A DNA stretch of 64,000 bases from the IMG/VR virus record IMGVR_UViG_3300044675_002751, positions 1-64,000 of that record; one strand, given 5' to 3'. Source of the DNA: a virus. Of the stretch, positions 16,757 to 26,485 are shown piece by piece (within the stretch, counting starts at the first letter, position 1; every line of letters starts with the position of its first letter). The translations under genes and the position numbers were made by a program. Below the pieces are notes generated by a model, which saw nothing but the letters and a program-made list of their open reading frames with translations, was not told where the DNA came from and ran no database searches.

Positions 16757-16968
16757 TGCAAAAAATCCCAGAAACAAATGAAGAAGAAATTAGAGAACTA
16801 TTTGAAAAACTTTCAGTAGAAGTACCGGGTACTAATGGACTTAGAGCCATGAACCTGCAGGCCTTTAAATTAGGCGTAGATAAAATGATGAACCAAGCTT
16901 TTGTTGAAGGAAGTCAAAATTCACTAAAAACTGCTGAAGACATCATAAACAGAGTCTTCAACAAATAG
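16756..16968 (+). CDS. Hypothetical protein
   Basis: 70-aa ORF, TAATG coupling with previous gene. Confidence 0.65.
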   Translation: MQKIPETNEEEIRELFEKLSVEVPGTNGLRAMNLQAFKLGVDKMMNQAFVEGSQNSLKTAEDIINRVFNK

Positions 16969-16973
16969 TAGAA

Positions 16974-18044
16974 ATGACCGGACAACAAAATCCTTTTGGT
17001 GGTAAGAGTTATTCAGAGGTCCTCAGAGAAGGTCTCAAGTATATAGATGACCGCAGAACAGGAAGGGTAAAGTCATTCAAGACTCCCTGGACCGGCCTGA
17101 ATTATGCGGGTATTGGCGGACTGGAATGGGGTTCAATGTTAACCATTGGTGCCAGACCAGGTGCAGGTAAAACCATGATAGTTTCCCAGATACTGAGGGA
17201 GTCACGTCTTCACAATCCGGACCAGGATTTTTCTATCCTGGAATTCCAGTTTGAGATGGGTGACAAACAGTATGCAGCCAGACAGTTTGCTGCTGAAATG
17301 GCTTTAGATTATAACCAAGTGCTAAGTAGTTACAAAATGCTTGATGACTTCATTTATAAACAAATGGAACAGTATCTAAAAGATACAGAAGCATTAGAAA
17401 AATTAGGTGTCCAGCGTACTTTGATTGGTAAACCTCAAACTGTTTCCGATATGGAAAAAGCTATTAGGTTTTATCATAAACAAATGAAAGCTAAACACAT
17501 GATTGTAACTATAGACCACTCATGGCTTATTAAAAAAGCAGCTGGAGAAAAAGATAAGTTTGACGTACTGTATAGTACAGCAGAAATGCTCATGCAGTTG
17601 AAAAACGAAATCCCAATCATTGTCTTAATGATTACCCAGATGAACAGAACAATGGAAGAAGCTTCTAGACTACATCCTGGTCAAGTGGCTAACTACCCTA
17701 CTTCCTCAGACATTTTTGGAGGTGACGCTTTAATGCAATCATCAGATATGGTAATAGCCATAAACCGACCACATAAAGTGAACATAAATGTCTATGGTCC
17801 TAAGAAGTATGCTACACACAAAGATCAGATCTATATGCACCTGTTAAAAGTGCGTAACGGTGGAGATGATAATAATGTATTGTTTATGAACGGAGAGTTT
17901 AATAAACAAAAGATTGTTGAAACTATAGAGCCACAGATAGCATCTACTTCTAATGGATACATACCATTTAACCCAGGTCGTGGACGAGGTGGAAGTAACA
18001 ACACAAACAGTACTATATCAGCAGATATAGGATCAGAACTTTAA
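16974..18044 (+). CDS. Replicative SF4 (DnaB-like) DNA helicase
   Basis: IGARPGAGKT, FEM, TIDH, ITQMNR, P..SDIFGGDALMQSSD and LLKVRNG motifs. Confidence 0.9.
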   Translation: MTGQQNPFGGKSYSEVLREGLKYIDDRRTGRVKSFKTPWTGLNYAGIGGLEWGSMLTIGARPGAGKTMIVSQILRESRLHNPDQDFSILEFQFEMGDKQYAARQFAAEMALDYNQVLSSYKMLDDFIYKQMEQYLKDTEALEKLGVQRTLIGKPQTVSDMEKAIRFYHKQMKAKHMIVTIDHSWLIKKAAGEKDKFDVLYSTAEMLMQLKNEIPIIVLMITQMNRTMEEASRLHPGQVANYPTSSDIFGGDALMQSSDMVIAINRPHKVNINVYGPKKYATHKDQIYMHLLKVRNGGDDNNVLFMNGEFNKQKIVETIEPQIASTSNGYIPFNPGRGRGGSNNTNSTISADIGSEL

Positions 18045-18061
18045 ATTTTAAACCATACAAA

Positions 18062-18646
18062 ATGTCACAATTAAATTTTGTACAAGCAGAGTCTGTAGAC
18101 CGGTATGGGAATCCTAAAGAGTGGAAAAAAATGAAACTCGATCAGATCCGTGAATATCATGGACCTCTGATTAGAGCTCTTGGAATTTCTCCTCTTGACT
18201 TTAACATGAAAATGCCTTTTTATGACAGAGTAGGACGGCAAGTAATTGGTGTATTTGGCTCAGAATTCAAAAAAGATAAAGGTTTCTATTTTGAACTAGT
18301 GACTAGAGATCTAGATCCATTAGAGTCAGATCGTAAAGTGTATAGGATTGCTCGTAATGACAATCATGAAGAAGAGTATGAAATGAACGAAAAAGGTTCA
18401 TTTTTGGTACCAGTAGAAGAACTACGTGTAATTAATCCTACAGGACCTCAAACTCTAACAAAGAAACTAGAGCCAGTTCAGCCAGCTCCAGTATTCAGTA
18501 CTAAAGCTCAGACAGTTGAAGAAGACGCTCCTTATTCAGAAATGACTATTAGAGATTATGTTGCTATTCAAACTGGAAAACCTGTAAGCTTAAAACCATG
18601 GCTGAACGAAATATTACAACAGAGTAACCAATCATTTCCATTTTAA
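18062..18646 (+). CDS. Hypothetical protein
   Basis: 194-aa ORF in replication operon; C-terminal MTIRDYVAI motif. Confidence 0.7.
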   Translation: MSQLNFVQAESVDRYGNPKEWKKMKLDQIREYHGPLIRALGISPLDFNMKMPFYDRVGRQVIGVFGSEFKKDKGFYFELVTRDLDPLESDRKVYRIARNDNHEEEYEMNEKGSFLVPVEELRVINPTGPQTLTKKLEPVQPAPVFSTKAQTVEEDAPYSEMTIRDYVAIQTGKPVSLKPWLNEILQQSNQSFPF

Positions 18647-18648
18647 TT

Positions 18649-19332
18649 ATGGCAGCAGGAATTCTAGTTATTGCAGAATCCGGTGCAGGTAAATCTACAG
18701 CTATAGAAAACCTAGATCCGGCAGAAACATTTATTATCAATGTAGCTAACAAGCCCCTTCCTTTTAGAGGTTGGAAAAAGAAGTACACCGTATGGAGTAA
18801 AGACAATCCTAACGGTAACATGTACTACGGAAACTCACCTCAAAATATAGAGGCTTGTATTAAGTATGTCAGTGAAAAACGTAAAGAGATCAAAAACCTA
18901 GTTATTGATGACTTTCAGTACATGAGTTCTTTTGAATTCTTTGACCGTGTAGACGAAAAAGGTTACGAAAAGTTTACCCAAATCGGTGCACATCTGGCAC
19001 GTATTGCTCGTATGCCAAAAGACCTGAGAGAAGATCTTATGGTATTTTTTCTTACACATGCTGAAGAGTCTACAGACTTAGAAGGTAAACGTAAGTTTAA
19101 AGCCAAGACTATCGGTAAAATGGTAGATGAGAAACTCACCTTAGAAGGTCTTTTCTCTATTGTGATATTCGGTAAGATCAAAAAGAACAAGGATGGAGAA
19201 ATCCGTCATGTCTTTGAGACACGTAACAACGGAGAAAACACATGCAAAACTCCTAAAGATATGTTCTCAGAGTTTGAAGTGGCTAACGACCTGCAGGTAG
19301 TTAGAAAAGCTATACTTGATTATGAAATCTAA
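18649..19332 (+). CDS. P-loop ATPase, AAA_24/Sak4-like recombinase
   Basis: VIAESGAGKST, LVIDDFQY, FLTH, K.KTIGKMVD..LTLEGLFSIV and KTP motifs. Confidence 0.8.
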   Translation: MAAGILVIAESGAGKSTAIENLDPAETFIINVANKPLPFRGWKKKYTVWSKDNPNGNMYYGNSPQNIEACIKYVSEKRKEIKNLVIDDFQYMSSFEFFDRVDEKGYEKFTQIGAHLARIARMPKDLREDLMVFFLTHAEESTDLEGKRKFKAKTIGKMVDEKLTLEGLFSIVIFGKIKKNKDGEIRHVFETRNNGENTCKTPKDMFSEFEVANDLQVVRKAILDYEI

Positions 19333-19364
19333 ATCTCTCACTCTTAATTTTTAAAAAGAAAGCT

Positions 19365-19976
19365 ATGTTCAGTACAAAAGGACAAGAAGTAAAATCTGGT
19401 AGTGGAACTATGAAATCATTCCAACCAGGCGTAGTTTATGCCCACATTTACAGTGGCAACATTAGAACCTCCAAAAACGGAGATAAGAAGTCTTTGGAAC
19501 TCATTCTTGAGGGTCCAGCTCTTGAAAACTTTGAAGGATGGAGCATTGACAAAAATGATCCAGAAGGACCTAAGTTTCAGGGTTTATCAAGCAGAGTAGC
19601 AGCAACAATTTGGACAGACCAATGGGCTGACAGTAATATTGCAAACAATGAAATTTTGCATAGAGTGTTAGTCATTGCAGAACAGCTGGGTCTTAAGAAA
19701 GCAGTTGATGAAATATCTGCTAACAATATAGAAGATTGGACTGCTCAAGCAGTAAATATTCTAAAAGGACATGATATCTACTGGTTCTTAAACGGAAAAG
19801 AAGAAGAATACAATGGTAAAACTATTGTAAAACTTTCTTTCCCCCGCTATAAGTTCTGCTCACTTGATGAAAACAAGTTGGACAAGTTTGATAAAAATAA
19901 TAAGTATCATTTCCGTGCACTTGAAACAAAGCCTGTAACAAGCTTTGAGCCAGTAAATGATGACTTTGATATGTAA
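19365..19976 (+). CDS. Putative single-stranded DNA-binding protein
   Basis: Follows the Sak4-like gene, beta-rich, acidic C-terminus NDDFDM. Confidence 0.5.
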   Translation: MFSTKGQEVKSGSGTMKSFQPGVVYAHIYSGNIRTSKNGDKKSLELILEGPALENFEGWSIDKNDPEGPKFQGLSSRVAATIWTDQWADSNIANNEILHRVLVIAEQLGLKKAVDEISANNIEDWTAQAVNILKGHDIYWFLNGKEEEYNGKTIVKLSFPRYKFCSLDENKLDKFDKNNKYHFRALETKPVTSFEPVNDDFDM

Positions 19977-20015
19977 TCTCCTGTGTAATGTGGTTCATGA
20001 TATATAGTTTTTAAC

Positions 20016-20046
20016 GGGGGAGGTTTCTACTTCCCCCATATTTTTT
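20016..20046 (+). terminator. Intrinsic terminator
   Basis: GGGGGAGGT-TTCT-ACTTCCCCC then ATATTTTTT. Confidence 0.7.
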
Positions 20047-20058
20047 AAATAATAGTAT

Positions 20059-21045
20059 ATGTTCACAACTAAAAACTTGGTACACGATATTAAAGATGTT
20101 CCTGTACCCTGGATATTTGAACACTTCTGTAAACTAAAAGAAAAACTATCAGGTCAAGATGTGAAAATTAAAAGTATGTTCAATCCAAAAGAACGTACAC
20201 CTTCTATGTGTATATATTATGATACCAAAAAAGGTAATTATCATTTCAAAGACTTCTCTACGGGTAAAGGAGGTTCAGCTATAGAATTAGTAAAAGAAGT
20301 TACACAACTACCTTATTATAAAGCATGCAGCACTGTAGTAGAAAAATTCAATGATTATGTTTTACACAACAACGGTGGGTATGATCTACAAGAATTCAAA
20401 CAAGCCAGTAAGTATAAAGTATCACAGTACGTATTCCGTTCCTGGAATACTTCTGACCAGTACTTTTGGACCCAGTTTAACATCGGGTCCCGTTTGCTGG
20501 ACGAGTACTGTGTTAAACCTTTAGAATATTATACACTCGTAAAAGAAGTAGACGGTGAGTCTCGTGAATTAAATATACGCAGCAATTATCTGTATGGGTA
20601 TTTTAAGAAAGACGGAAGTCTGTATAAAATATATCAACCAAAAACGTTGGATAAGAAATTTATAAAGGTTAACGATTACATCCAAGGTTCTGAACAAGTT
20701 AAAAATCAGAAGTATCTAATAATAACTAGTTCACTCAAAGATATCATGGCTCTTCGTAGCCTAAAAATTCCTATAGATATTATAGCTCCGGACTCAGAAA
20801 ACTCTATCATCCGTAAAGAAATAATGCAACAGTATATTAAAGACTATGAAAAAGTTATAGTACTGTTTGATTATGATGATGCCGGTATAAAAGCTATGGA
20901 GCGGTACCAAGAAGTATACCCGCAGGTAACTACATGTATTCTTCCTATGAGTAAAGATCCTGCAGACTCTATTAAAGATTATGGTGCCAAAGAAGTTTTC
21001 TTCAGACTGGTTCCTATTTTAAACAAAAAGTTGGAGAACTTATAG
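20059..21045 (+). CDS. DNA primase (Toprim, crAss-like)
   Basis: ERTPSM..FKDFSTGKGG N-domain; TSSLKD and LFDYDDAG..KDPAD Toprim motifs. Confidence 0.82.
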   Translation: MFTTKNLVHDIKDVPVPWIFEHFCKLKEKLSGQDVKIKSMFNPKERTPSMCIYYDTKKGNYHFKDFSTGKGGSAIELVKEVTQLPYYKACSTVVEKFNDYVLHNNGGYDLQEFKQASKYKVSQYVFRSWNTSDQYFWTQFNIGSRLLDEYCVKPLEYYTLVKEVDGESRELNIRSNYLYGYFKKDGSLYKIYQPKTLDKKFIKVNDYIQGSEQVKNQKYLIITSSLKDIMALRSLKIPIDIIAPDSENSIIRKEIMQQYIKDYEKVIVLFDYDDAGIKAMERYQEVYPQVTTCILPMSKDPADSIKDYGAKEVFFRLVPILNKKLENL

Positions 21046-21049
21046 CTGT

Positions 21050-21080
21050 TCTACAGTATATTTGTAGACTTAATCTACAA
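21050..21080 (+). promoter_or_regulatory. Promoter candidate with three TGTAGA half-sites
   Basis: TCTACA-G-TATATTTG-TAGACTTAATCTACAA; TATATTTG is a perfect Bacteroidota -7 element. Confidence 0.6.
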
Positions 21081-21081
21081 C

Positions 21082-21486
21082 ATGGCCCGTTCAAAATCCG
21101 CTCCTAAAAAATCTCGTGTAGCTAAAACACGCAATGCAGGCACTATGACCGAGTCTGCATTCTGGAGTTTTATTAGATCTGCTCTCAGACAAAAATCTAG
21201 ATGGTGGAAACCTATTACACAATGTAAAATGCAAGCACGCAGGCCCTATAAAGGACCTAACAAACGTCAGAAGTTTGAATACCTCTGTGCTAGCTGCAAT
21301 AAATATTACCCGGAAAAGAAGATTAACGTAGACCACATGGTCCCGGCAGGTTCCCTAAACAATGCCCAGGATCTGCCAGGTTTTGTAGAACGTCTTTTCT
21401 GTGAACAAGACAACCTGCAGGTCTTATGTGAGACCTGCCATGATAAAAAAACTAAAGCTGAAAAAAATGGAATACTTACCATTTGA
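21082..21486 (+). CDS. HNH endonuclease
   Basis: CASC..INVDHMVP..NLQVLCETCHDKKT. Confidence 0.85.
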   Translation: MARSKSAPKKSRVAKTRNAGTMTESAFWSFIRSALRQKSRWWKPITQCKMQARRPYKGPNKRQKFEYLCASCNKYYPEKKINVDHMVPAGSLNNAQDLPGFVERLFCEQDNLQVLCETCHDKKTKAEKNGILTI

Positions 21487-21706
21487 AGTTACCGAGTATA
21501 ATGATTTCGGAGAAGACAAGATAGTTGTTTTAAACTCTGACGAAGGACGTCTATACATTCGTGTTGGAAAGTTAGATATTTCTATAAAGCAATCAGACGA
21601 TGGACTTGGTGTAATCATAGACTGTACAGATGCAGAACTATGCCATCAAGATCTTGGAACTATGACTGTCTGGTTTGATGATATTGAAGAACTCTCAAAT
21701 GATTAA
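21467..21706 (+). CDS. Acidic hypothetical protein
   Basis: Internal ATG21467 (MEYLPF...) of the 21401 ORF avoids a long overlap. Confidence 0.6.
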   Translation: MEYLPFEVTEYNDFGEDKIVVLNSDEGRLYIRVGKLDISIKQSDDGLGVIIDCTDAELCHQDLGTMTVWFDDIEELSND

Positions 21707-21709
21707 ACT

Positions 21710-21790
21710 ATGATAGGTGTAGCCTTATTTGTAATCATAGCATTCTTATATGCTATCAATGAAAACGTTCGTAGAATAAATAAAAACTAG
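21710..21790 (+). CDS. Tiny single-TM peptide (26 aa)
   Basis: MIGVALFVIIAFLYAINENVRRINKN* fills the gap exactly. Confidence 0.45.
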   Translation: MIGVALFVIIAFLYAINENVRRINKN

Positions 21791-21794
21791 TTAT

Positions 21795-21995
21795 ATGAGT
21801 CTACTTGCATTTCCTGCTCCTGAGACAGATGAGCAATTTTATTTAGATGAGCTTGATAAAGCTAATAGAAAGCTTGACGCAGCTATACAGTTTATAGAAC
21901 TGTTAGAAGGACTGACAACAGACAAAGATACAGCCAACCGTATTCGTAAATATTTACAACAAGAAGGTATATGGCCATTACCACAGAAGAAATAA
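21795..21995 (+). CDS. Hypothetical protein
   Basis: 66-aa ORF. Confidence 0.6.
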   Translation: MSLLAFPAPETDEQFYLDELDKANRKLDAAIQFIELLEGLTTDKDTANRIRKYLQQEGIWPLPQKK

Positions 21996-22414
21996 TTAAG
22001 AAGTATCCTAAGATCTTTGAAGATTACGAAGGTAATCCTGGAGGCTGCAACTGGTACGGTGTACCAAACGGTTGGCTTCCTATTATAGACAAGCTATGCG
22101 GATGTATTCAGGAGTATACAGACAACACAACACGATATACCAAAGACGGTCCTGTAAAACCTGAACAAGTCACTTGTGTACAGATGAAAGAAAAGTTTGG
22201 AGGACTATGCTTCTATACTAATGGTCACAATGATGAGGTAGAAGGTATGCTCAGGATGGCAGAATATATGTGTGATAACACTTGTCAAGACTGCGGATCA
22301 GAAAACGACCTTGGTCAGACATCCGGATGGATTAGTATACTTTGTAGAAACTGTGCCATAGCTAATGGTGACAGAGCAATCAACTCTTGGAAATCAAAAA
22401 CTCAAACTTTATGA
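21971..22414 (+). CDS. Conserved phage protein with QxKEKFG motif and C-terminal zinc finger
   Basis: GWLPII..L, QMKEKFGGLCFY, TCQDCG..GWI..LCRNC. Confidence 0.7.
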   Translation: MAITTEEIIKKYPKIFEDYEGNPGGCNWYGVPNGWLPIIDKLCGCIQEYTDNTTRYTKDGPVKPEQVTCVQMKEKFGGLCFYTNGHNDEVEGMLRMAEYMCDNTCQDCGSENDLGQTSGWISILCRNCAIANGDRAINSWKSKTQTL

Positions 22415-23451
22415 TTGATACACAATTAGAAGATCTAATGCAGGAATCTATAGAACATTTAGAAACAGACTTTTATAAAAAGAAGTTTTACTTCAGTTAT
22501 AGTAGTTTAAACAAGCTCCTCTGGAATCCTGCAGTATTTTACCAGCTCTATGTACTAGGTATGAAAGAAGAAAAAGTAGACTCTCATCTAGTACAAGGTA
22601 AGATCATTCACGCTTTGTTACTAGAAGAAGAAAAGTTTAATGATCTTTTTATTGTCTCCCCTGCTAACCTACCTACTGGTAACCTGCGTACGGTAATTGA
22701 CCGTGTGTTTTATCATCATACAGAACTCAAACGTAATGGTGACAGCAGAGAAAAGCTTGAAGAGTTTGATCAAGCTGTCTTAGATGTAATGAAAGATATG
22801 AACTATCATCAGAGTCTAAAGACAGATCAACAAAGACTTGATAAGATATTCACTGCAGAAGCTTTTAACTATTGGACTTTTCTGCAAATGAAAGGTAATA
22901 AAACTCTGATTGATCAAGAAAGTTATGAGTTCTGTAAAAACGCTGTAGATATAATCAAAACTAATAAGCAACTGTGTTCACTAATTGGTTGCAATCTCAC
23001 TGAGTTTGATAACAAAGAAGTGTTTAACGAGATGACTTTTACGTTTGATATTCCTGGTCTACCGTTTGGTCTGAAAGGTATTGTAGATAATATAGTCGTA
23101 GACCACGATGCTAAAACTATCTGTGTCAATGACATTAAAACTACTAGTAAAGACTTAAAAGATTTCCCTGAGTCTATTGAATACTATTCTTACTGGCTTC
23201 AAGCTGTTATTTATGTATCCATGGCTGCTTTAAAACATAATGATCTTATAGAACAGCAAGGATACATTCTGAAGTTTCATTTTGTAGTGATTGATAGAGC
23301 CTTCCAAACATATGCATTCCCTGTACAGGAATCCACACTTACTAAATGGTTGGATAAGTATAAAGAGGTAATTGATATTGCGTATTGGCATTATACTAAT
23401 AAAAACTATGAGCTACCCTACCAATTTGCCAAAGGACTAGTAGCTCTATAA
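22411..23451 (+). CDS. PD-(D/E)XK exonuclease (RecE/Cas4-like)
   Basis: FSYSSL, G.IIH..LLE, LKGIVD, NDIKTT and Y.YWLQAVIY motifs; ATGA coupling at 22411. Confidence 0.8.
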   Translation: MIDTQLEDLMQESIEHLETDFYKKKFYFSYSSLNKLLWNPAVFYQLYVLGMKEEKVDSHLVQGKIIHALLLEEEKFNDLFIVSPANLPTGNLRTVIDRVFYHHTELKRNGDSREKLEEFDQAVLDVMKDMNYHQSLKTDQQRLDKIFTAEAFNYWTFLQMKGNKTLIDQESYEFCKNAVDIIKTNKQLCSLIGCNLTEFDNKEVFNEMTFTFDIPGLPFGLKGIVDNIVVDHDAKTICVNDIKTTSKDLKDFPESIEYYSYWLQAVIYVSMAALKHNDLIEQQGYILKFHFVVIDRAFQTYAFPVQESTLTKWLDKYKEVIDIAYWHYTNKNYELPYQFAKGLVAL

Positions 23452-23461
23452 GAAGTAAATT

Positions 23462-24022
23462 ATGATAGATAATCTGTACACAAAGTATTTCCAAAAATCT
23501 AGATCATTCTTATATCCAGCCCTGGGTATAAAACGTACAGCTCACCATACACCTTCTGGTACCTATATAGCTCTTGATGGGCTAATAGGTCCAGAAGATA
23601 TGAAACTAGCTGTAACCTTTAAAGAAAATGATACAGAAGGGTTTAAAACATTTGAAGAACAAATGCTTTTATCAAATCCTTTATACTCTAGTATAATAAA
23701 TATACAAGAATATAATGTTTATCTGTTTGATTTTGAAAGCTACAAGAATGACTGGTTCAACTTTATTATGGGCAAATATTCTAAGTTCTCCAATCCTCTG
23801 AAGAAAGCCATCAGGCTCTATTATGGAGAGGCCAGCTCAGAATACAAGTATATGGACTCCTATCTCAATCCTGAGAAGTATTACGAAGTATACGCCAAAC
23901 TACTTGGTATAGAGCCATCTGTTATAAAAGCAGTGGGTGAGCTATGTGACCCCTGTGATATAGAAAAAGAAACTTTAAAAATTCCTGTAGAACATTTGGA
24001 GAGCTTGAAAAAAGTTCTTTAA
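23462..24022 (+). CDS. Hypothetical phage protein
   Basis: 186-aa ORF (KSRSFLYPALG..F..GKYSKFS). Confidence 0.75.
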   Translation: MIDNLYTKYFQKSRSFLYPALGIKRTAHHTPSGTYIALDGLIGPEDMKLAVTFKENDTEGFKTFEEQMLLSNPLYSSIINIQEYNVYLFDFESYKNDWFNFIMGKYSKFSNPLKKAIRLYYGEASSEYKYMDSYLNPEKYYEVYAKLLGIEPSVIKAVGELCDPCDIEKETLKIPVEHLESLKKVL

Positions 24023-24045
24023 TTTGTAGACCTAATATTTTAACC

Positions 24046-24450
24046 ATGACAAAATCTATGATGCTTATCACCGGTAACTGGGGTCAGAAAAAGACCTTTA
24101 AGATGATACCGCTAACTAATGACTGTGTATATAATGAAGGTATATATGATGCTGAGAACAAAGTACTTGCCCTTGTAAGCAAAGAAAAAAAGCAAAGCAT
24201 GCATATGGTTGCCAAATTAGATGACTTTGGTGATGTAAAACCAATGAAGGTTGGACGCCGTACAAACGGTAAAGACTATGCAGAAGAACGGAAAACTCTA
24301 GAGACATACTATGAATATTACTTAGACAATCCTGAAGAGATTAAAGCTTTCATTAATATGATAGCTTTTAACTCTGACACGTTTGACGTAGACCAATATC
24401 TTAAAGAGTCAGGTCTGACAATTGCAAGCAGCAGTATTGTAACTGTATAA
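24046..24450 (+). CDS. Hypothetical phage protein
   Basis: 134-aa ORF behind a TTGTAGAC box. Confidence 0.75.
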   Translation: MTKSMMLITGNWGQKKTFKMIPLTNDCVYNEGIYDAENKVLALVSKEKKQSMHMVAKLDDFGDVKPMKVGRRTNGKDYAEERKTLETYYEYYLDNPEEIKAFINMIAFNSDTFDVDQYLKESGLTIASSSIVTV

Positions 24451-24461
24451 ATCATTAGCCC

Positions 24462-24470
24462 TGTGGATAA
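24462..24470 (-). promoter_or_regulatory. Perfect DnaA box
   Basis: TGTGGATAA (= TTATCCACA on minus strand) in the intergenic region before the polymerase gene. Confidence 0.35.
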
Positions 24471-24476
24471 CCGTGA

Positions 24477-24503
24477 AGAAGGCAGCAAGAGTCTGCCTTT
24501 TTC
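24477..24503 (+). terminator. Intrinsic terminator
   Basis: AGAAGGCAG-CAAGAGT-CTGCCTTTTT. Confidence 0.7.
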
Positions 24504-24539
24504 TAATTAAGGGGAACAGCTGAACTGAACACCTACAAT

Positions 24540-26474
24540 ATGTCACAAGCTATACACTGGGTAATGGACTACGAAACCATTTGCAACACGTTTGTTGCAG
24601 TATTCCAGCATTATAAAGATGACTCTGTCAGAAAAGTGTTTGTAATAAACAAAGACCAAAATGACATTGTTCCGTTTGTTAAATTCTTGTCTGAATGTAA
24701 GACAAAGAATCAATGGCATATCTCTTATAACGGACTAGACTTTGACGCCCAGATCACCCAGCACATAATGAAGAATCAACCGCTTTATACAAAAATGTCA
24801 GGTGATAAGATAGCTGAAAAAATCTATGGATATGCTCAGGAAACTATAGCCCGAAAAAACCGGGGTGAGTTTGTAGAGTTTGCACCTTATAAGCTATGGA
24901 TTAGACAGATAGATCTGTTTAGACTAAACCACTGGGACAATAAAGCCAAAAGTTCTTCTCTAAAATGGGTCCAGTATGCTATGGACTGGGAGAATGTAGA
25001 AGAGATGCCTCATCACCATGCTGAACCTGTGACAGACAGTCACACTTTGCAGAATGTGATCAGTTATTGCATTAATGACGTTCTTTCTACCAAACAGATC
25101 CTGGATCATTCTAAAGAGCAGATCAAGCTAAGACAGGTATTGACCAAAGAATACGGAATAGATCTCTATTCTGCATCAGAACCCCGTATATCTAAAGAAC
25201 TATTCTTGTATTTTCTAGAAAAGAAGACTGGTATTGAAAAAGCAGAACTGAAACGCATGCGTACACCACGTACTCATATTGTTCTAGGGGACTGTATTCT
25301 TGACTATGTCAAGTTTGAAACTCCTGAAATGCAAAAGATGCTAGACTTCTTTCGTAAAACTGTAATCACATCTACTAAAGATGGATTTAAGTACAGAATG
25401 GAATACAAAGGAGTAAAGACTGATTACGGTTTAGGTGGACTCCACGGTGCAACAGACGCAGGTCTTTATGAAGCCAAACCAGGGTGGACAATAATGACGT
25501 CTGACGTTACTAGTTTCTATCCTAATCTGGCTATCAAGAACGGCTTTGCACCTCAGCATTTACCTAAGAAAGAATTCCTGGATCTGTACGAATGGTTCTT
25601 TGAAGAAAGAAAGAAAATTCCTAAAACTGATCCTAAGAACTATGTGTACAAGATTATTCTTAACAGTACGTATGGTCTTACTGGTGACGAGAATTCTTTT
25701 CTGTATGATCCTCGAATGACCATGCAGATTACAGTGAATGGTCAGCTGTTGCTCTCTATGTTATATGAGATGTTATCTCTAGCTATACCTGAAGCTGTAC
25801 CTCTAATGCAGAACACAGATGGTTTAGAAATGATGATTCCTTCAGGATCTGTAGAAACTTATATGAAAGTGTGTGCTGAATGGGAAAAGATGACCAAGCT
25901 TTCCCTGGAACATGACGAGTATAAGAAAATGATTATCCGTGACGTAAACAACTACATAGCAATCAACGTAAAAGATAAAGTTAAGTGTAAAGGTGCATTT
26001 GAGTGGGAAGACTTAGAGAAAAAGAAAGTAGCTACGTTCCATAAAAACAAGAGCTTCTTAATTATCCCCAAAGCTATCTACGCTTATTTTGTCAACGGTG
26101 TGCATCCAGAAGACTTTCTTAGAGACAACACCAATGTTATGGACTACTGTGCCGGTGTTAAATCTAAAGGATCTTGGTACTATGAAGAACGTTATGTAGA
26201 TAAAGGTGAGCTAAATGTCAACCGCCTGCAGAAGATAGTTAGATATTATGTATCTAAAAACGGAGGTAAAATTGTCAAGTGTCATCCAGACGGAAGAGAA
26301 ATCCAAGTGGAGTCTGGCAGCTGGCTACAAACTGTAGTCAACCAAATTGATCCTTCAGTTTCTATAGACCAATATGATATCAACTATAGTTACTATCTAG
26401 AAGAAATCAATAAACAGATACAAGGTATTGAGGTTTACAAACCTAAATCTATTACACAACTTTTACTTTTTTAA
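24540..26474 (+). CDS. Family B DNA polymerase with 3'-5' exonuclease
   Basis: ExoI DYE, ExoII YNGLDFD, ExoIII YCINDV; region II DVTSFYPN, region III KIILNSTYG, region I NTDG. Confidence 0.92.
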   Translation: MSQAIHWVMDYETICNTFVAVFQHYKDDSVRKVFVINKDQNDIVPFVKFLSECKTKNQWHISYNGLDFDAQITQHIMKNQPLYTKMSGDKIAEKIYGYAQETIARKNRGEFVEFAPYKLWIRQIDLFRLNHWDNKAKSSSLKWVQYAMDWENVEEMPHHHAEPVTDSHTLQNVISYCINDVLSTKQILDHSKEQIKLRQVLTKEYGIDLYSASEPRISKELFLYFLEKKTGIEKAELKRMRTPRTHIVLGDCILDYVKFETPEMQKMLDFFRKTVITSTKDGFKYRMEYKGVKTDYGLGGLHGATDAGLYEAKPGWTIMTSDVTSFYPNLAIKNGFAPQHLPKKEFLDLYEWFFEERKKIPKTDPKNYVYKIILNSTYGLTGDENSFLYDPRMTMQITVNGQLLLSMLYEMLSLAIPEAVPLMQNTDGLEMMIPSGSVETYMKVCAEWEKMTKLSLEHDEYKKMIIRDVNNYIAINVKDKVKCKGAFEWEDLEKKKVATFHKNKSFLIIPKAIYAYFVNGVHPEDFLRDNTNVMDYCAGVKSKGSWYYEERYVDKGELNVNRLQKIVRYYVSKNGGKIVKCHPDGREIQVESGSWLQTVVNQIDPSVSIDQYDINYSYYLEEINKQIQGIEVYKPKSITQLLLF

Positions 26475-26485
26475 CAAATAAGACT

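Noticed and set aside
21049-21070. TCTACA-loop-TGTAGA hairpin resembling a Cas12a repeat or RNA anti-CRISPR
   Set aside because: Lacks the AATT 5' handle, the loop is too long, there is no array, and it is better explained by promoter-associated TGTAGA boxes
24540-26474. Intein, intron or split in the DNA polymerase, or in the helicases and RNAP
   Set aside because: Motif spacing is compact, with no intein C...HN signature and no embedded homing endonuclease
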